Assembly: GCA_009103225.1 (NCBI GenBank)
Contig: RHPI01002836.1
Span: forward strand, 124,001 to 188,000
Direction of reading: 5' to 3'
DNA from: Chlorokybus atmophyticus
Lineage: Eukaryota > Plantae > Mesostigma and Chlorokybus algae
DNA: 64,000 nt
The first letter of the stretch is position 1. Each line of letters starts with the position of its first letter. Positions 1 to 13,706 of this stretch are shown here, one piece after another. Below the pieces are notes generated by a model that saw nothing but the letters and a program-made list of their open reading frames with translations, made no database searches and was not told the DNA's origin. Position numbers and translations under genes: made by a program.

Positions 1-1587
1 CATAGCACAATGTCATTTTTGAATGTAATGTGGTCATCTTACGGTGTTAAAAGGCCAAGAGAGAGAGAGATGTGTGAGGTGTGTGTGCGTGTGTGTGTAA
101 CACAACAAGGGTGTTGTCAACTGATATGTAACGGAGCCAAAGGGCTCTATATATAATGCATAAAAATAGAAAAAGCCATAAATACCATAATGGTCTTTTA
201 TGGCTTAAACGGTTGGACCCTCGCCGTAAATTAATACATTAAATAGTATCATGCAGTCTCATTTCTATAATATAATATAATAGCGTTGATATTTCATTAG
301 CCCATCCTCGTGTTAGTGGTTGGCCCTGCTTCTTTTGTCTTGCTCCACATTGCACGCACCGCGGTGCGTGCAAGGTACGTACCTTGCCGTTATGCAATAA
401 TGCACAATACATAACAATAATATTATCAACTAACATTTTAAGCCGTTCCCCCGCCTTGGCTTGCTATGCTTCAGGCTTTGTATGGCAAAATGTATGGTGT
501 TACAATGCGGTCTTGTGAGGTGGTGGTGAGCTGATCTTGCATGCACTTCTATATCTCATGTGTAGTGTAACATGTACAAGTTTAACACTTAAACCTTTGC
601 ATGAGCGAAAAAGTACAATCTTGGTGGCGAGTTTGTCGGCAGCAAACTATGGGGTTGCTTTGAAAGCGTGTTATGGCTCTATGATATTTGTCAGCTTTAA
701 TAACATTTGCAGATGCATATCATGAATGATAACAATCAGCACGACTTTTAAAGTCTGTATGCAAATGTTCCTCATCATCCTGAATCACCTTATCTTATCA
801 GCATCTTAACGTACTGATGTCGTCATTTATTAAAGCAGCTTTGATGTATACATGTATATGGAACATAGCTGTATATATGGTATTACAGCCACACAAGTGC
901 ACATGACACGCTAAGTTTAAAGGTACAGTCGTCGTTAAATGTATAATTTGCATCAGCCACACTATGTGATGATTCAGTTGAGTTTGGAAATGTTAGCATT
1001 GTGCCAAATATGAGAACCCCTTAAACTCAGGTCGATCAGATTGAATGAGGCATAGCTATGCCTTATTATTTTACAATCTGATTGAGGCCCATTCACACCA
1101 AAGCTGCGCCAACCATGCTGGCCCAGCAATTGCCTTGGCTGCGGGGCTGCGGTGAAGTCCCGCCAGGGACAACTTCGTGCAAACGCATCATAGGCAGCCG
1201 TTGACAACACTGACGCGCCGACAACTCAACTCGCGACTCGCATGTCAACGTCGACTCTTAACCATCTTTCAACGTCTCGCTGCGACGGACCTCGCGTCAC
1301 CGTCCGATCGGTCATCCAACGACCGGCTTAAAGCCGCGCTGTCATCAAATAAGCCAACGGCTAGCTCTCATATGTCATTCGCCTCAAAACTGGCAAACTG
1401 GTGAGCTTTGCACCCGTGTTTGTGCGTAGCTTTGAGGCGGCGGCAGCGGGTTTGCTGTTGTCTTTGTCGTTGTGAGCATTGTTGGCATCGCCCTGCGAGA
1501 GGTGTGTTAGCGTCTCTGCTTGTTTTCTTGTAGTCACAGCGGCGGCTGAAGCCTTGCAAGGCCAACTGTAAGAGGGGTTTAGGCGCT

Positions 1588-4500
1588 ATGACGACAAAGG
1601 CGTTGAGGGCGCAGTTCGAGAACAAGGAGAACGCTGCTGTTGCGGCGGCGGCGATGGCGCCATGGATCAAACCAACGGTAAGAGTATGCAGGCATGGAGC
1701 ATTCTCATCCACGAAACACGTTGATAGCTGTTGGCTGGTTGAAGAAACAGTCGAAAGGTTGTTAGCCCAATGCAAAGCATACTCCTTCTAAGTGACAAGC
1801 TTGCATGACAGGGAGATTGTTCATTTGCATACTACCTGCCCGACATGTTGTGTGTGTTATGTGCCTCTGTGTGTCTCGCATTCACCATCAAGATTATTGT
1901 CGTCATCAGCGCCAGCTGTCCCTGGCCATACCATCGGAGAATGTCCCACCGAGGGCGCCCGCCTCCCCCAACGTGCTGCGAAACAGCACCAACTCAGAGC
2001 TCGGTCTTGCACGCCTCAAGTCAATGGACGTTAACGGGAACGTTTATGTGAAAGGTACAACATGTTTGCAATATAATCATGGCACACACTGAAGACTAGT
2101 ACTTTAATGCATGACTCTATCTGTCCTCGTTTATCAGATGAAGCCATGGTGCTTAAGCACAAGCTGTCAAGAAGGCGGTCCAAATCTGGGCTCAGCATGA
2201 GCATGGACTTTGAGGGGAACAATGTGGTAAGCACTACTACTCTGTGTGTATCAAAGTGTTCAAGTCTTTTTGCGGTGATCACCAACAAAACCATCTTTGT
2301 GTTCAGGTTGGCGATGACGTAACCTCTGTGCCCGCTGAAGAGCCCGCTGATGCCAACAAGGACAAAGAGTTGGTTGAACTGCGTGAGTCCAAAAAGACTC
2401 TTGAGGTTCAGGTGAGTGCATTCCGAGTGGTGTAGGAATTCATGTTGTCCTGTTTTTTTTTATCAACATATGCGTGTGTGGTGAATGTTAACAGCTAGCT
2501 GAAGCGGTGGTCATTAAAAGCAGCTTGGAGGAAAAGATTAGGGTGAGAAGGCTTGTGTGCGTGGGTGCTTTGGTGTTGTGTTGTTTTTGAGTTATAGTAT
2601 GTGCTTGGCTTGTGCTTGTGTTGTTTGACATTCTGTTGCGGTTCGCAGGAACTGGAGTTTGAGCTTCTGTACCTTCAAGAGGAGAAGAAAAGTGCTGAGT
2701 CAGAGGTACCAGCTACCAACGTGCACACAATGTTGTTGTTGTTACTTGTCGGGGATAATAAAATATATCATTGTTGTGTGCAGAGAGACACACAGGCTGC
2801 ACGCGCAGCTGAGATCCAATCGCGCCACGACATTGAGCGCGGCCTGCGTGAAAAAACTGTTGCACACATGCGTCGGCTTGAGACAGAGCTCACCCTCGCA
2901 AAGAACCACCTGGAGGTATTGTGCATGTAACTGCATGCGTCTCTGGCATGTAACATGACACACACATATGCACAAGCGCACACACAATCACCCTCATTCA
3001 CCCCCGCTCTCGCATGCACACTTGTGTGTGTGCGCGAGTGAACTCAACCAAATGCTCAAATACTGACACATACACCCGCATAAAAACACAGTTACCTTCT
3101 CTGTGTCACGCATAATCAAGCTTTGTGGTTGTTGGCAGGTTCTGTTTACCAAACAAGAGTCCGCATACCCTCTGCTGCCTCTGCTCGACAGCAACGTTGC
3201 CGACGCACAGAAGGCTGGAGCGAAGCTGGTTCTGGCGTTGGTGTCTGCTGAAAATGAAGCACAGGTAAGTGATTGTTGTGCGTTCACAGGTGCATGGGCG
3301 TGACTCCATAGTCGCCGGATGACATGAACAGCAACACTACACCAACAATGACAGCTTGTACACAACATTTGCCACACCTGCGTAACAACACATGGCATGG
3401 CTTGTACAACATCTACAGGTGGCAGAAGCCAAGGAAAAGGCTATCGTGCCTCTGGTGACCACCCTAAAGAAAGGCTCTGAGAAAGCAAAGGAGTGCGCTG
3501 CGTATGCTCTCGGCCAGCTGGCAGCAGAGCGCGACGAGAACAAGGTACACATGATATAACATACCCTCTGCACCGGTTATCTGTTACTTACAGTAAGGTT
3601 GTGTGGCTGCCCAGTCAACAATCAACTCCGCCGGAGCTATCATGGCTCTCATCTCCGTGCTGAAAAGCTCTGGTCCGGCAGCAAAGGCAGCAGCTGGAGC
3701 AGCTCTGCAAACACTGTCACATGGTTGCAACGACAACAAGGTCAGTGTGCTGCTGCTCTTGTTGTTGTTGTTGTTGTTGTTGTTGCAGGTATTGACGATG
3801 ACATGTTTGTGTATGTTCAGACAAGCATTGCTATCAATGGTGGATTGGGCCCGCTTGTCCAGCTGATGGACAGTGGAACTGTCGAGGGCAAGCTGGCTGC
3901 CGTGAGCGTGCTGCGTAACATTGCCACAATGGATAGATGGAGGGTGAGAACAACGTGTTGCTATCACATTTAACACAATGAGACTACCTTTTTGGTTTTT
4001 CTCATATATACCCTCTTTAACCAACACAGGAAGCAATTGTCAAGAAAGGTGCCATCCCTGCGCTCGTGTCAATGCTGCACAGCACGAGTGAAGCCCACAG
4101 GACCGTTGCGTGTGAGTGTGTGACCAACCTGAGCTACATGTGCTTTGAGAACCAAGGGGAGTTTGCCCGCGCCAACGCCATCCAGCCCCTGGTGGGACTC
4201 CTCGCTGTTGGGAGCGACGACACACGCGAGGCTGCATGCCAGGCCCTGCGCAACCTGACCCTCGCACCCGAAAACACAGTAAGTTCATACCCATGCACAT
4301 GTGCACCATGCATGCACGCACTCAACACACGTTCGCGTATGCGCATACACGCATAGTAGATTTTTCCCTATCTAATGTAAGTTGACTAAAGCTTTATGCC
4401 TGTGTTTGCAGGCTTTGATTGCTGCTTTTGGTGGCATTCCCGCAATGGTTGATCTCCTGGAGCATGGCCCCGATTCAACAAAAGCTGTGGCGGCTTCAGC

Positions 4501-4925
4501 GCTGTGCAGCCTCGCGGTGAACAATGACAACAAGGTGCGAAGCACTTCTCTACCTGTGTCCACACATGCATACACGCATGCACAGAAACAGGCACGCATG
4601 TACGTGAATGCATGCATGGCACGCTTCAGGTACGCGCCGAGACATATTGCTCATCGCCAAATGTTGTCATGCACAGGTTTCTATTGCCAACGCGGGTGCG
4701 ATCCCTGCCTTTATCGACCAGGTCGATCACGGTGTGAACAGTGGTCGCAAGGCTGCGGCGCTGGCTTTGCGCAACCTTGCGGGCAATGCCGACATCCGCC
4801 TCGAGCTCATTGGGTCCCGGGCTGTCGAGGCGCTCGCCTCTTTGCGCGAGGAGGGTGATGCTGATGAGGCACGGGCGGCAAAGGGTGCACTTGAGGCTCT
4901 TGGAGTGCACCTTGTGCTGGAGTGA
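1588..4925 (+). CDS. Armadillo (ARM)-repeat protein with N-terminal coiled-coil region, multi-exon
   Basis: GT-AG exons join in frame from MTTKALRAQF (1588). They pass a coiled-coil segment (IERGLREKTVAHMRRLETELTLAKNHLE) into repeated ARM units (AIVPLVTTLKKGSEKAKECAAYALGQLA; AIQPLVGLLAVGSDDTREAACQALRNLT; GIPAMVDLLEHGPDSTKAVAASALCSLA). Stop TGA at 4923-4925. Confidence 0.88.
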
Positions 4926-6047
4926 GGAGAGAGTGTCTGCAGTGTTGGTGTTTTGGTGTGTTGGTATCACACATAACTTACACATTTATTCGTTTCGATT
5001 GGTAAGGTAAGTTTTGACAGGTAGTCTAGTTCCTTAGCTGTGTACAGGTCCTATACTTGGGCCTTCTTGACTATGACTTAATGTGTAAATATAGATCCTA
5101 ATGCCACATTGTTTCCTTATTCAAAACCACATCACTGCGACCAATTTGAGTGTCTGTTTGTATGCAGTGATATTGAAACTGCCGGTGCAGTTGCGGTCCT
5201 GTGTCTTGCTCATAGCATTTTGCATGCCGCTGGCATGCGTGTGAGTATGCTTGTGCAGTGATAGGCAGGGATGACAGTACGTAGCTTGGTGTGACGATGT
5301 TGCATACTAGCGTGTCAAAAATTTTGCATGATCATGTGAGTTGATGCTGATAGGATGTGGCGTTGGTGTCATCCAAGCATATGGGTTGCTACGCTCTGCA
5401 GGTTGTCCTTGCTTGCGAGTCTATCGCCTGCTGCCTGAGAGTGTCTGTAGCAGAGTCCTACTTTATAGCGTCTTAGTCTCTGGTTTGAGTCTTAGGTCAA
5501 ACGAAGCACTTTGGTCATACTGTTTGGTTCGCTGTACCTGCCTGCCTTTTATTTGTGTCATCCTTATTTGTGTCATCCGGTCTGTTTGTGCTGCTTGTGC
5601 TGCCAGCATTTGTAACTACCGTGAATCACAGACTGTGGTCCTTGAGCTTGCCGACACCGGATGCTTGTATGTCAATGATACTTAAGGTTGAGAGGAACAC
5701 ACCTTGAACTTACTCAAGCTCTTAGATGGATTATGTGGTGTGACAACAAAGCCTGCAGCCGGCCTTGCTAGCTGCAGTTATACGTGACTGCATATATATG
5801 TGTGTGCGCGCATATCAGTGTGTGCAGTTGTGCACAAGCATCACGCGCACAATGGTCATCAGCTTACCCAACGTCCGACATCTGTTCAAATACAGCGAGC
5901 ACACAGCCCCAGCGCACAGCCACAAAACAAGCTGGACCAACTACCTCCTCACCACATATACAACATGCAATCAGATCATCCAGCTTCACATCACCACGCC
6001 ATCAAACCGTGTAACATGCCAGTTGTATGTACTGATCTCTCTTCACC

Positions 6048-7879
6048 TCAACTGTCCTCAGCTTCAAAGACCTTTCTCTTGGGCCTTGTGCTGGGCAATG
6101 ACCCCGCGTACCCCTCGAACTGGTAGTCGATGCCGGCTGCGGCGAGCTTCTCCCTCCTCTCATCGTCTTTTTGTATCAACTTGTCCACTTGCTTCGCTGT
6201 CTCCGCCACCGTGCGCTCCTGCATAAGCACGACGCGTCGAACACACACACATACGCAAGCGCATATGCACACATGCAAGCGCACACACCCGTGCTACTCG
6301 CCCTTTTGCAGATTGATTGTGAATTCTACATACGTACGCACGCCTACACGCACATACGTGTGCACGCATGTGCGCGCGTGTTGTAGGATGACTGCTTATG
6401 GTACATTGACACACAACCCACAGGGCTGGCATGCTTACTTTGTTGTGCAGTTCGCGTGCCCACTTTTGCCACGGAAGCCGCGCAAACTTCCGGTTCGCAC
6501 CGACAAACCTACGGCAAACAATACGTGATGAATAACAACAAGTCACGATTTGCAGTGAGTCCATCAAAGTGCACACGAACTGGTGTACAAGAAGGACAGC
6601 CAGATAGCAAAGCAAACTTGCAGCATTCATCAGAGTATGCAGTATGCAGTTACACGCTGCACACGCACACATGTGCACACTGCGTGCACATGTACAAATG
6701 GTGATGTGGTGTGCTGCACACACCAATACATACAAGCCACACACGCACGCACCTAAGACAATGGTGTGTGCCGACACATGCTGTGCATGCTGTACAACCT
6801 CACATGCGCGCGCATGTACACATACACACAAACGACCACGCACGCGCACGCACGCTCGCACACACACCACATGTGTACCACATGCACGCATGCTGAGCAG
6901 CGTGTCGCGCTTACGTGCGTGCATGCAGGCGCTCCGGTGGCACCAGCTTGCACTGCAGCATCTGCCCAAACATGAGGTAGTTGTCCATCGCGCCCGTGGC
7001 GATCGCCGCCACCGCTGGGGAGTCGAACTCCACGAAGGCGTAACCCTTGGACTTGGCCGTCTGTTGATATTGTGCGCATAATCAACAACATTGCGTGAGA
7101 CAACAAACCCAACAGTGTGCACTCACACGACATCGCACGCATGCACGCGCATGCGCGTTGTTAATCCGAACACCCCATACCCACCTTTTTGTTGCGGGAC
7201 AGGCGCAGTCGGGTAACAGTCCCAAACTGTGAGAAGAACCCTGCAGCATTCAAGCGTGTTAACTTCACAGTGGTTTCCAGTCCAACCCCGACGTACTAAC
7301 ACCATCCTCTCACACCTTTCATCTCCTTTTCAAAGAACCCGTGCGGGATGTGCCCAACATAAACCACGCGGGGCTTCTCTTCCCCTCCGTCGTCATTGTT
7401 GTCATCAGCGCTGCCGTCAGCAGCCCTCCTCTTCTTCTTTTTGGAGCTTGTCGTCTGCATTGGCTGTGATGCACCAGCCTGGCAATGCAAATGAAAGGTC
7501 ATGACAATGGCAGCCAGGTTGTGAACAAGAACAGGACTGAGCAGAGACGTAGCAGTAAGGTCATGCACGAATGAGAGCACGACAGTGGTAATGGTGATAG
7601 ACAAAGGCATCGTGCGTGTAAGCCTCGATGCAGCAATTAGGAAAAAAAGAGGCAATGGTGCTCATAATAATGGCGTAAGTTTAACTTTACCTCAAGAGGG
7701 ATGACGTCCTCCGCCTCCTCTGCCTCTTTTTCCACCTCCTCGGCTCTGGGAGCAGTAGAAGGCTGCTCCTCCTCCACCTGCTCCATCTGTGCTTGCTGGT
7801 TGACGTCAACTCCCTCCTCGGCGGCGGCGGCAACGGCGGCGGGCCGCCGCTTCTTCGCGCTACCCTTTCCTGCTGCCAT
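6048..7879 (-). CDS. NIFK: RRM nucleolar ribosome-biogenesis protein, NIFK/Nop15-like
   Basis: Spliced ORF MAAGKGSAKK... with RNP2 VVYVGHIPHGFFEKEMKG/FFSQFGTVTRLRLSRN, RNP1 KSKGYAFVEF and MDNYLMFGQMLQCKLVPPE. C-terminus KLIQKDDERREKLAAAGIDYQF is typical of NIFK/Nop15. Confidence 0.88.
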
Positions 7880-8018
7880 GCCTGAGCGTACTAGCACAAC
7901 CTCACAGCTCTCCCCGCAGACGCTGCCACTCACCCAGACAACTCAATTCGACCCTCTTGCACTCCCCACGCCAAACCGCTTGCCACAATCACACCACCTC
8001 CACCGCCGCCGCCAACCA

Positions 8019-8051
<33 letters not shown>

Positions 8052-8278
8052 TGCCTGCTGCAAGCGTAATCCGTCTCTCAGCTCAAGCTCGTGGCGTGTC
8101 CGGGAGCCGTATCTCTCCCCTCCACAGCGTGACCGGCAGCTACGCTTGTGTGCTTGTTGTCTCCGTTTCTCCCCTTGGCATTCCACTGAACCATGCATGG
8201 CGGCGGCGGCGGCGGAGGAAGAGGAGGAGGAGGAGGAGGACGAGGCTGATCTCTCAAGGAGCAGGCCCATCATCAACC

Positions 8279-10818
8279 ATGGGTGAGTGGGTAGCGGGTA
8301 GAGCTGCTCGGCTGCTGGACGACATGGGCGTGCTGACTCGTGAGGACGGCAACGACGGCGTTTTGCGCAACTTCGCCGCTCAGCTTAGGCATGCGGCGGC
8401 TCTCCTCGAGCTATCCCTGGACCAACACACCAATGCCAGTGCTGATGGTAGCAGTAATCCCATGGACAATGCCGTCAGCGTGAGGGACATCGTCGCCTAC
8501 GCCCACAAAGTCAGCTACTCCTCCTACGCACCGATGGGGTATATGCCGGGACAGCCGATGAGGAGAGGGATGCCGCCGGCGCCGCAGGATGAACATATGA
8601 GAGCGTCGGCGCTGTACAATGCACCGGGTAAGGATGCCATGATCGCGTGGTTGAAGCTCAGCGCACGTTGTTTCACGATGCAATCGACCACAATGATCCA
8701 CAAGGCCTTCGTGCAATGCCCTGAGTTGTAACGCTCCAAGTTGGTGTCAGTGTTCGAGTTTTGCTGTAGCACATGGCGAATCCGTGGTTGTCCTGCAGGA
8801 ACGTGTGAGCATGTGAGTAGGTGTGTGCACGCTTGCTGGCGCGCATGTGCGCGCGTGCATGCATCTCATGCAACCGTCTGTGTGCTCAAGCACTCACATA
8901 TGTGTGCCTGCGTGCCTGCGCTTACGCATGAACATGTTCGTGGGCCGAGGTTTACATGTACGTGCATGTATGCGTTTTGTTTTTGGGGATTGCATACACG
9001 TTCATGTGGACGCTCTTGCTCGTGTATGCACATTGCGGGCGCACGCGCATGCGTATAAGTGCTATATGAGCATGCACGCCAACACATATGCGCATCCCCC
9101 NNNNNNNNNNNNNNNNNNNNNNNNNNNNNNNNNNNNNNNNNNNNNNNNNNNNNNNNNNNNNNNNNNNNNNNNNNNNNNNNNNNNNNNNNNNNNNNNNNNN
9201 NNNNNNNNNNNNNNNNNNNNNNNNNNNNNNNNNNNNNNNNNNNNNNNNNNNNNNNNNNNNNNNNNNNNNNNNNNNNNNNNNNNNNNNNNNNNNNNNNNNN
9301 NNNNNNNNNNNNNNNNNNNNNNNNNNNNNNNNNNNNNNNNNNNNNNNNNNNNNNNNNNNNNNNNNNNNNNNNNNNNNNNNNNNNNNNNNNNNNNNNNNNN
9401 NNNNNNNNNNNNNNNNNNNNNNNNNNNNNNNNNNNNNNNNNNNNNNNNNNNNNNNNNNNNNNNNNNNNNNNNNNNNNNNNNNNNNNNNNNNNNNNNNNNN
9501 NNNNNNNNNNNNNNNNNNNNNNNNNNNNNNNNNNNNNNNNNNNNNNNNNNNNNNNNNNNNNNNNNNNNNNCCCCCCCCCCCCCCGCTCATGCATCCATGC
9601 GTGCGTGTATTTATGCGCTCAAGTGCATGGTCATGCGCATGGGCGTGTGTGTGTTCGCATGCATGGGCCCATACTCGTCACCAAACGTTGTTTGGCACAC
9701 GCAGTCATCGTGACGAGGGCTGAGAAGAAGGCCAAAACCGCCGCCGCTGCCGCCGCTGCTGCAGCTACACTGCCCCCCACACCCGCATTGCCTCCCGTCA
9801 CGCCCGCAGCCCCACCAAGTACAGAACTATGTCAACAACACCGACTCATATCCAACCCATCAACCCATTGTCACCATGTTGTTGTGCGTTTGCAGGTCTG
9901 GAAGGTGCAGAGCGCCAGGGTGCAGGCGCGCCGATGCCGGCCATCATCCCGCCGATGCCCCACGGATGGAAGCCTGGCGATCCCCTCCCAGACTGTGAGT
10001 TGTTGCAGAGTTGGTTGTTCGTTGAGTTGTCCCGCTTGCAGCACACATGCAACTGTGTCAACACTTTTATGTCTGGCTATGCATACACGCACACTTGTGC
10101 AAAAGCAGTAAGTTCCCAGATGCACATGCGTGCATACGCCCATATGCACGTGCCCGCCCGCGCAAACGCGCTTACACGACTTGTGTGTTGGTTACAACGC
10201 AGTTGAGCTGCCGCCTATGCCGGAAGGTTGGAAGCCCGGCGACCCCGTCCCTCTTCCTGCTGTGCCGTTGGTCCCGCCGCCGACACTAGCCCATGTGTTG
10301 GCAGCGCCACCCGCCTCGCAGGACACGGGAGCAGCGCCCGGGCCAGAGTACGATGGTCGTGCTGTTGTTGCGTGTGTGGGTGGGTTGGGTTGTGGGAAGG
10401 GGGGCTGATGTGGTTGCGTGTGGGTGTGGTTCAGGATGATGGCGGGGCCGGTCACGGCGGCGGCGCCAGGAGGGCAGATGGTTGTGCCGTTTGTGCAGGT
10501 GACAGAGGCTGGGTTAGTGATTGCATGTGGAGTACATGTTGGAACTAACGCATGTGCACGCGTATGCATATTGCACGTGCACAAGCACACAACCACATGC
10601 ACGCACAGCAAAACACGCGCATGCGCACGAAGAGATTCGCACACACTCATCATCCGCGTGCGCGCGCGCGCACACACGCACGCATACACATGCGAGAGTG
10701 GCTTGGCCAACCTCTGTCGTTGCAGCTTGATCTCAACCCTGATCTGGAGGAGGAGTACGATGACGCCAGCATGTACAGCGACGAGAGTTACAGCGAGAGC
10801 GAAGACGAGGAGTCGTGA
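8279..10818 (+). CDS. MED4: Mediator complex subunit 4 (plant type); start uncertain, one intron spans an assembly gap
   Basis: Med4 motif VRDIVAYAHKVSYSSYAP...PPAPQDEHMRASALY. Two PPMPxGWKPGDP repeats and an acidic tail VQ/LDLNPDLEEEYDD...EDEES* match plant MED4 architecture. Confidence 0.88.
9101..9570. other. Assembly gap (N run)
   Basis: Run of n flanked by C homopolymers, inside a MED4 intron. Confidence 0.99.
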
Positions 10819-11871
10819 CATCGGTGCTGTAGGTTGTCAGCATGGATCTGTTGTACAGGTTGTAAGGGTTGTAGAGAGGTGGGTGAGCTTGGCCAATGTG
10901 GGTTGGCGCAAGCTGAGTTTTATACAAATTGCCAAGAGTGCGACGCTACTTTGGGACATGTGTTCCAGGGGTGAATGCCACACTGTTGTGCAATCTGTGA
11001 CCCTCTTGTGCGATCATGTTCAAGTATTGATGGCGCGATTTCCGTTTGACACAGGCACTATCAATCAGATCAAATGTAGAGCGTAGGCGGTGTGTATCAT
11101 TGTGCAACAGATTGTACGTGGGTATGTCACTACTATATGGCCTTCTCACATGGGGTTCAACGGCTAAAGGGGGCCAATACACCATTGCACTTACGTACAA
11201 AATAAGCTATGTGCATTGCGCTTGTAATAGACCAACCAGCGGTTGGCTCAGTTGCAGTGCATGCTTTGTGCAGGCTTTCCAATCACAAGCAAGATGCACA
11301 AGTGAGCACACACACACAACACACAGTCTCAATGCACAGTCAACAAAGCCAGGCAGAGCAGCAGCGACTGTATTATAACAGGGCGATGCGAAGCTATGTG
11401 CCGTAGCTAAGTGTGTGCAGTGTTGTGGGCGGGAGGGTGTTGTCGGGCAAGGGCAGAAGGATGTGGAGCAGACCTGTGCGCACAGGTGCCAAGGTCACGC
11501 GCATGTGTACAAGAATGTTAAGGGGTGACGCGCAGATGTAGGTATAACTTCCAGGGGGTTGCATTGTGGCATAGGATACAACCCATGGGGCCAATCATCA
11601 GCACAAGGAAGGAAGCTTGTACTTAAATAGTTGAGGTGTGACCTGTGACACGTTGCGCAAAGCAACATACAACATTTTGTTCTGAGGGCCTCACCCAAAA
11701 AGAAAGAAAGCACGTTACACAGACAGGTCAGTGCCTTCAAAACATGATGCAAACCACCGTGCATTGGCGTTTCATCTGCCTATAGCGTGCACCACCACGT
11801 GTACGTGCTGCTTGGCCATGCGAAGATTGTGTGCAATTTTCCTCCGCCCCCATTTTAAGCTGTTCGTCGTC

Positions 11872-12953
11872 ATGACGATGCATGGCGGCGGCGGCGGTGG
11901 CGGCGGCGAAGGACCAGGCCGAGGAGGAGAGGGAGGAGGGGAGTGGGTTGTGGAGCGTTGGAGCGCCAAGGGGACGGCGGAGGCGGCGAAGGTGCTGGAG
12001 GAGGTGGCGGCGCTGGAGAAGCGCGTGAGTGACCGACCAGTGCACGTTTGTGTGAGGCATGGATTGTGCATGTTGATTCATGTCATGCAAGTAATGTAAT
12101 CAATATGTAATTAATATGTTCAGATGTGTTATCATTACCATCATTTGCGATAGCTTGTCATATCTACAATCATTGCGTAGTAGTGTGACGAATTGTTAAT
12201 GGGATCGTCATAGCATTGCTGATGATATCTCAATCGCTGTAATTATCACAGTAATAGTCGTCAACATTGGTGGATGATTTACGGTTGTTGTTGCATGAGA
12301 CCGCTGCAGTGTTTTGGTGTGTCGACTCATTGCAGACGCACGCTATAAACACAACCGAACACACATGCAGATTTTCCCGAAGCACGAGTCGATGCACACC
12401 CGCCTCGCATCCGAGCTGTCACACCGAAACACAACGCTGCTGTTCGTGCGCTCAAGACGACAAGGAGAACAACAGCAAGGAGAAGTTGTAGGCTATCTTG
12501 TTTACACCACTCAGTCCCTCCTCACCACCATCACAAAGCTAGCAGGTCAGACACGCATGCACACATGCACATATGAACACTGACAACGCACGCACGCACG
12601 CACGCACGCACGCATTCGCACGCGCGCGTGTGCCCAAACGCACACATACATACGAGTGCACGCATGGACGCATACACGCATGTAGAGACACACACGCACA
12701 CACGCACGCACACGCACAATGCACCCCCGTTCCCCTCTCAGTCCGTCCCGACCATCGTCGCCTCGGCATCGCCACCGCCCTCTTCCTCTCGATGAACAAC
12801 AAGCCGACCACCGCCGTCGCGCTGCACGTGGATGTGGAGAGGGGGGAGGCCGTCCGACTGTACCGCGCGTGGGGGTTCGAGGTGGAGGGGAGAAGGATTG
12901 AGGACTATTATGCGAAGGGGAGGGACGCGTATAGGATGGTGTTGGGCGGATGA
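11872..12953 (+). CDS. GNAT N-acetyltransferase, RimI/NAA-like, 3 exons
   Basis: Exons give VAALEKR/IFPKHES...VVGYLVY...ITKLA/VRPDHRRLGIATAL (acetyl-CoA motif A) ...ALHVDVERGEAVRLYRAWGFEVEGRRIEDYYAKGRDAYRM. Confidence 0.88.
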
Positions 12954-13706
12954 GATGAAGGGAGAGGGGAGGGAGATACGGTGAGGGGTTGTTGTGGTTG
13001 TTGTGGTTGGTGGTGGTGGTGTGCGCGTAGGTTGTATCCATACGGGTGTGCCATGGTCGAGTGTGCCTGAATTGCATGCGCGTATGGTTGGGTGCGTGCA
13101 CCTGTTACAACTGTACTGCACGCGCGCGTAACACGTGTCTGTTTGCTGCAGTCCATACACCCCACCGTTGCTATGCCTCTGGCACCCGCAAGGTGATGTT
13201 CACTCACCCCATACACCAAGTTGGACGTCTGCTGCAGCAGCAGGTGAGTCTCTCTCTCAGCTCCCAAACAAGAAGAACTGTAGGCTTGTTGGTGTGTTTT
13301 TCAAGGGCATGGGTGCTCGGCTGTGCTGGTTGCCTCACTTGGCTTTGACATCATCGTTGTTGTGCGGGCCCAGAGGGCACAGGAGACCGCAACGTTGTGC
13401 AACATCGTGCCTTTATTAGTAGAGACATGAAGACATGCACCATGTTAGTAGTAGCAGTAGCTGTAGCGTGTACTTGTAGTACTGGTTGTTGCTCTTATGA
13501 AGGTCGTGGCAGAGTGGTCCGAGCTGATAAGCTGATGGGAATGCATTGCGCGTGCGTGCGTGCGTGTTGGGGCCAAGACTACATTCGTACAACTGTACAT
13601 GGGTACGGTCATTGTGCTCAGTTTGCTTTGAGGCAAAGCTCACAGAGGTGTCTGATACTGCTGCTTACACGTACCCACAGTCACAGAAACGCACATGCAC
13701 ACCCAT

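Noticed and set aside
974-1404. Short ORFs upstream of the ARM gene
   Set aside because: No recognisable motif or supporting splice pattern, and the opposite-strand frames are full of stops.
6130-7142. Long ORFs rich in C/V/H/T/A/R from the six-frame track (also 20966-22388, 22724-23380, 25464-26536)
   Set aside because: They are translations of intronic (CA/TG/GCAC)n tracts, which lack stop codons. The real exons inside them are assigned to spliced genes.
8823-10111. ORFs spanning N runs (also 26373-27403 and 32247-32777)
   Set aside because: Their length is an artefact of untranslatable N codons.
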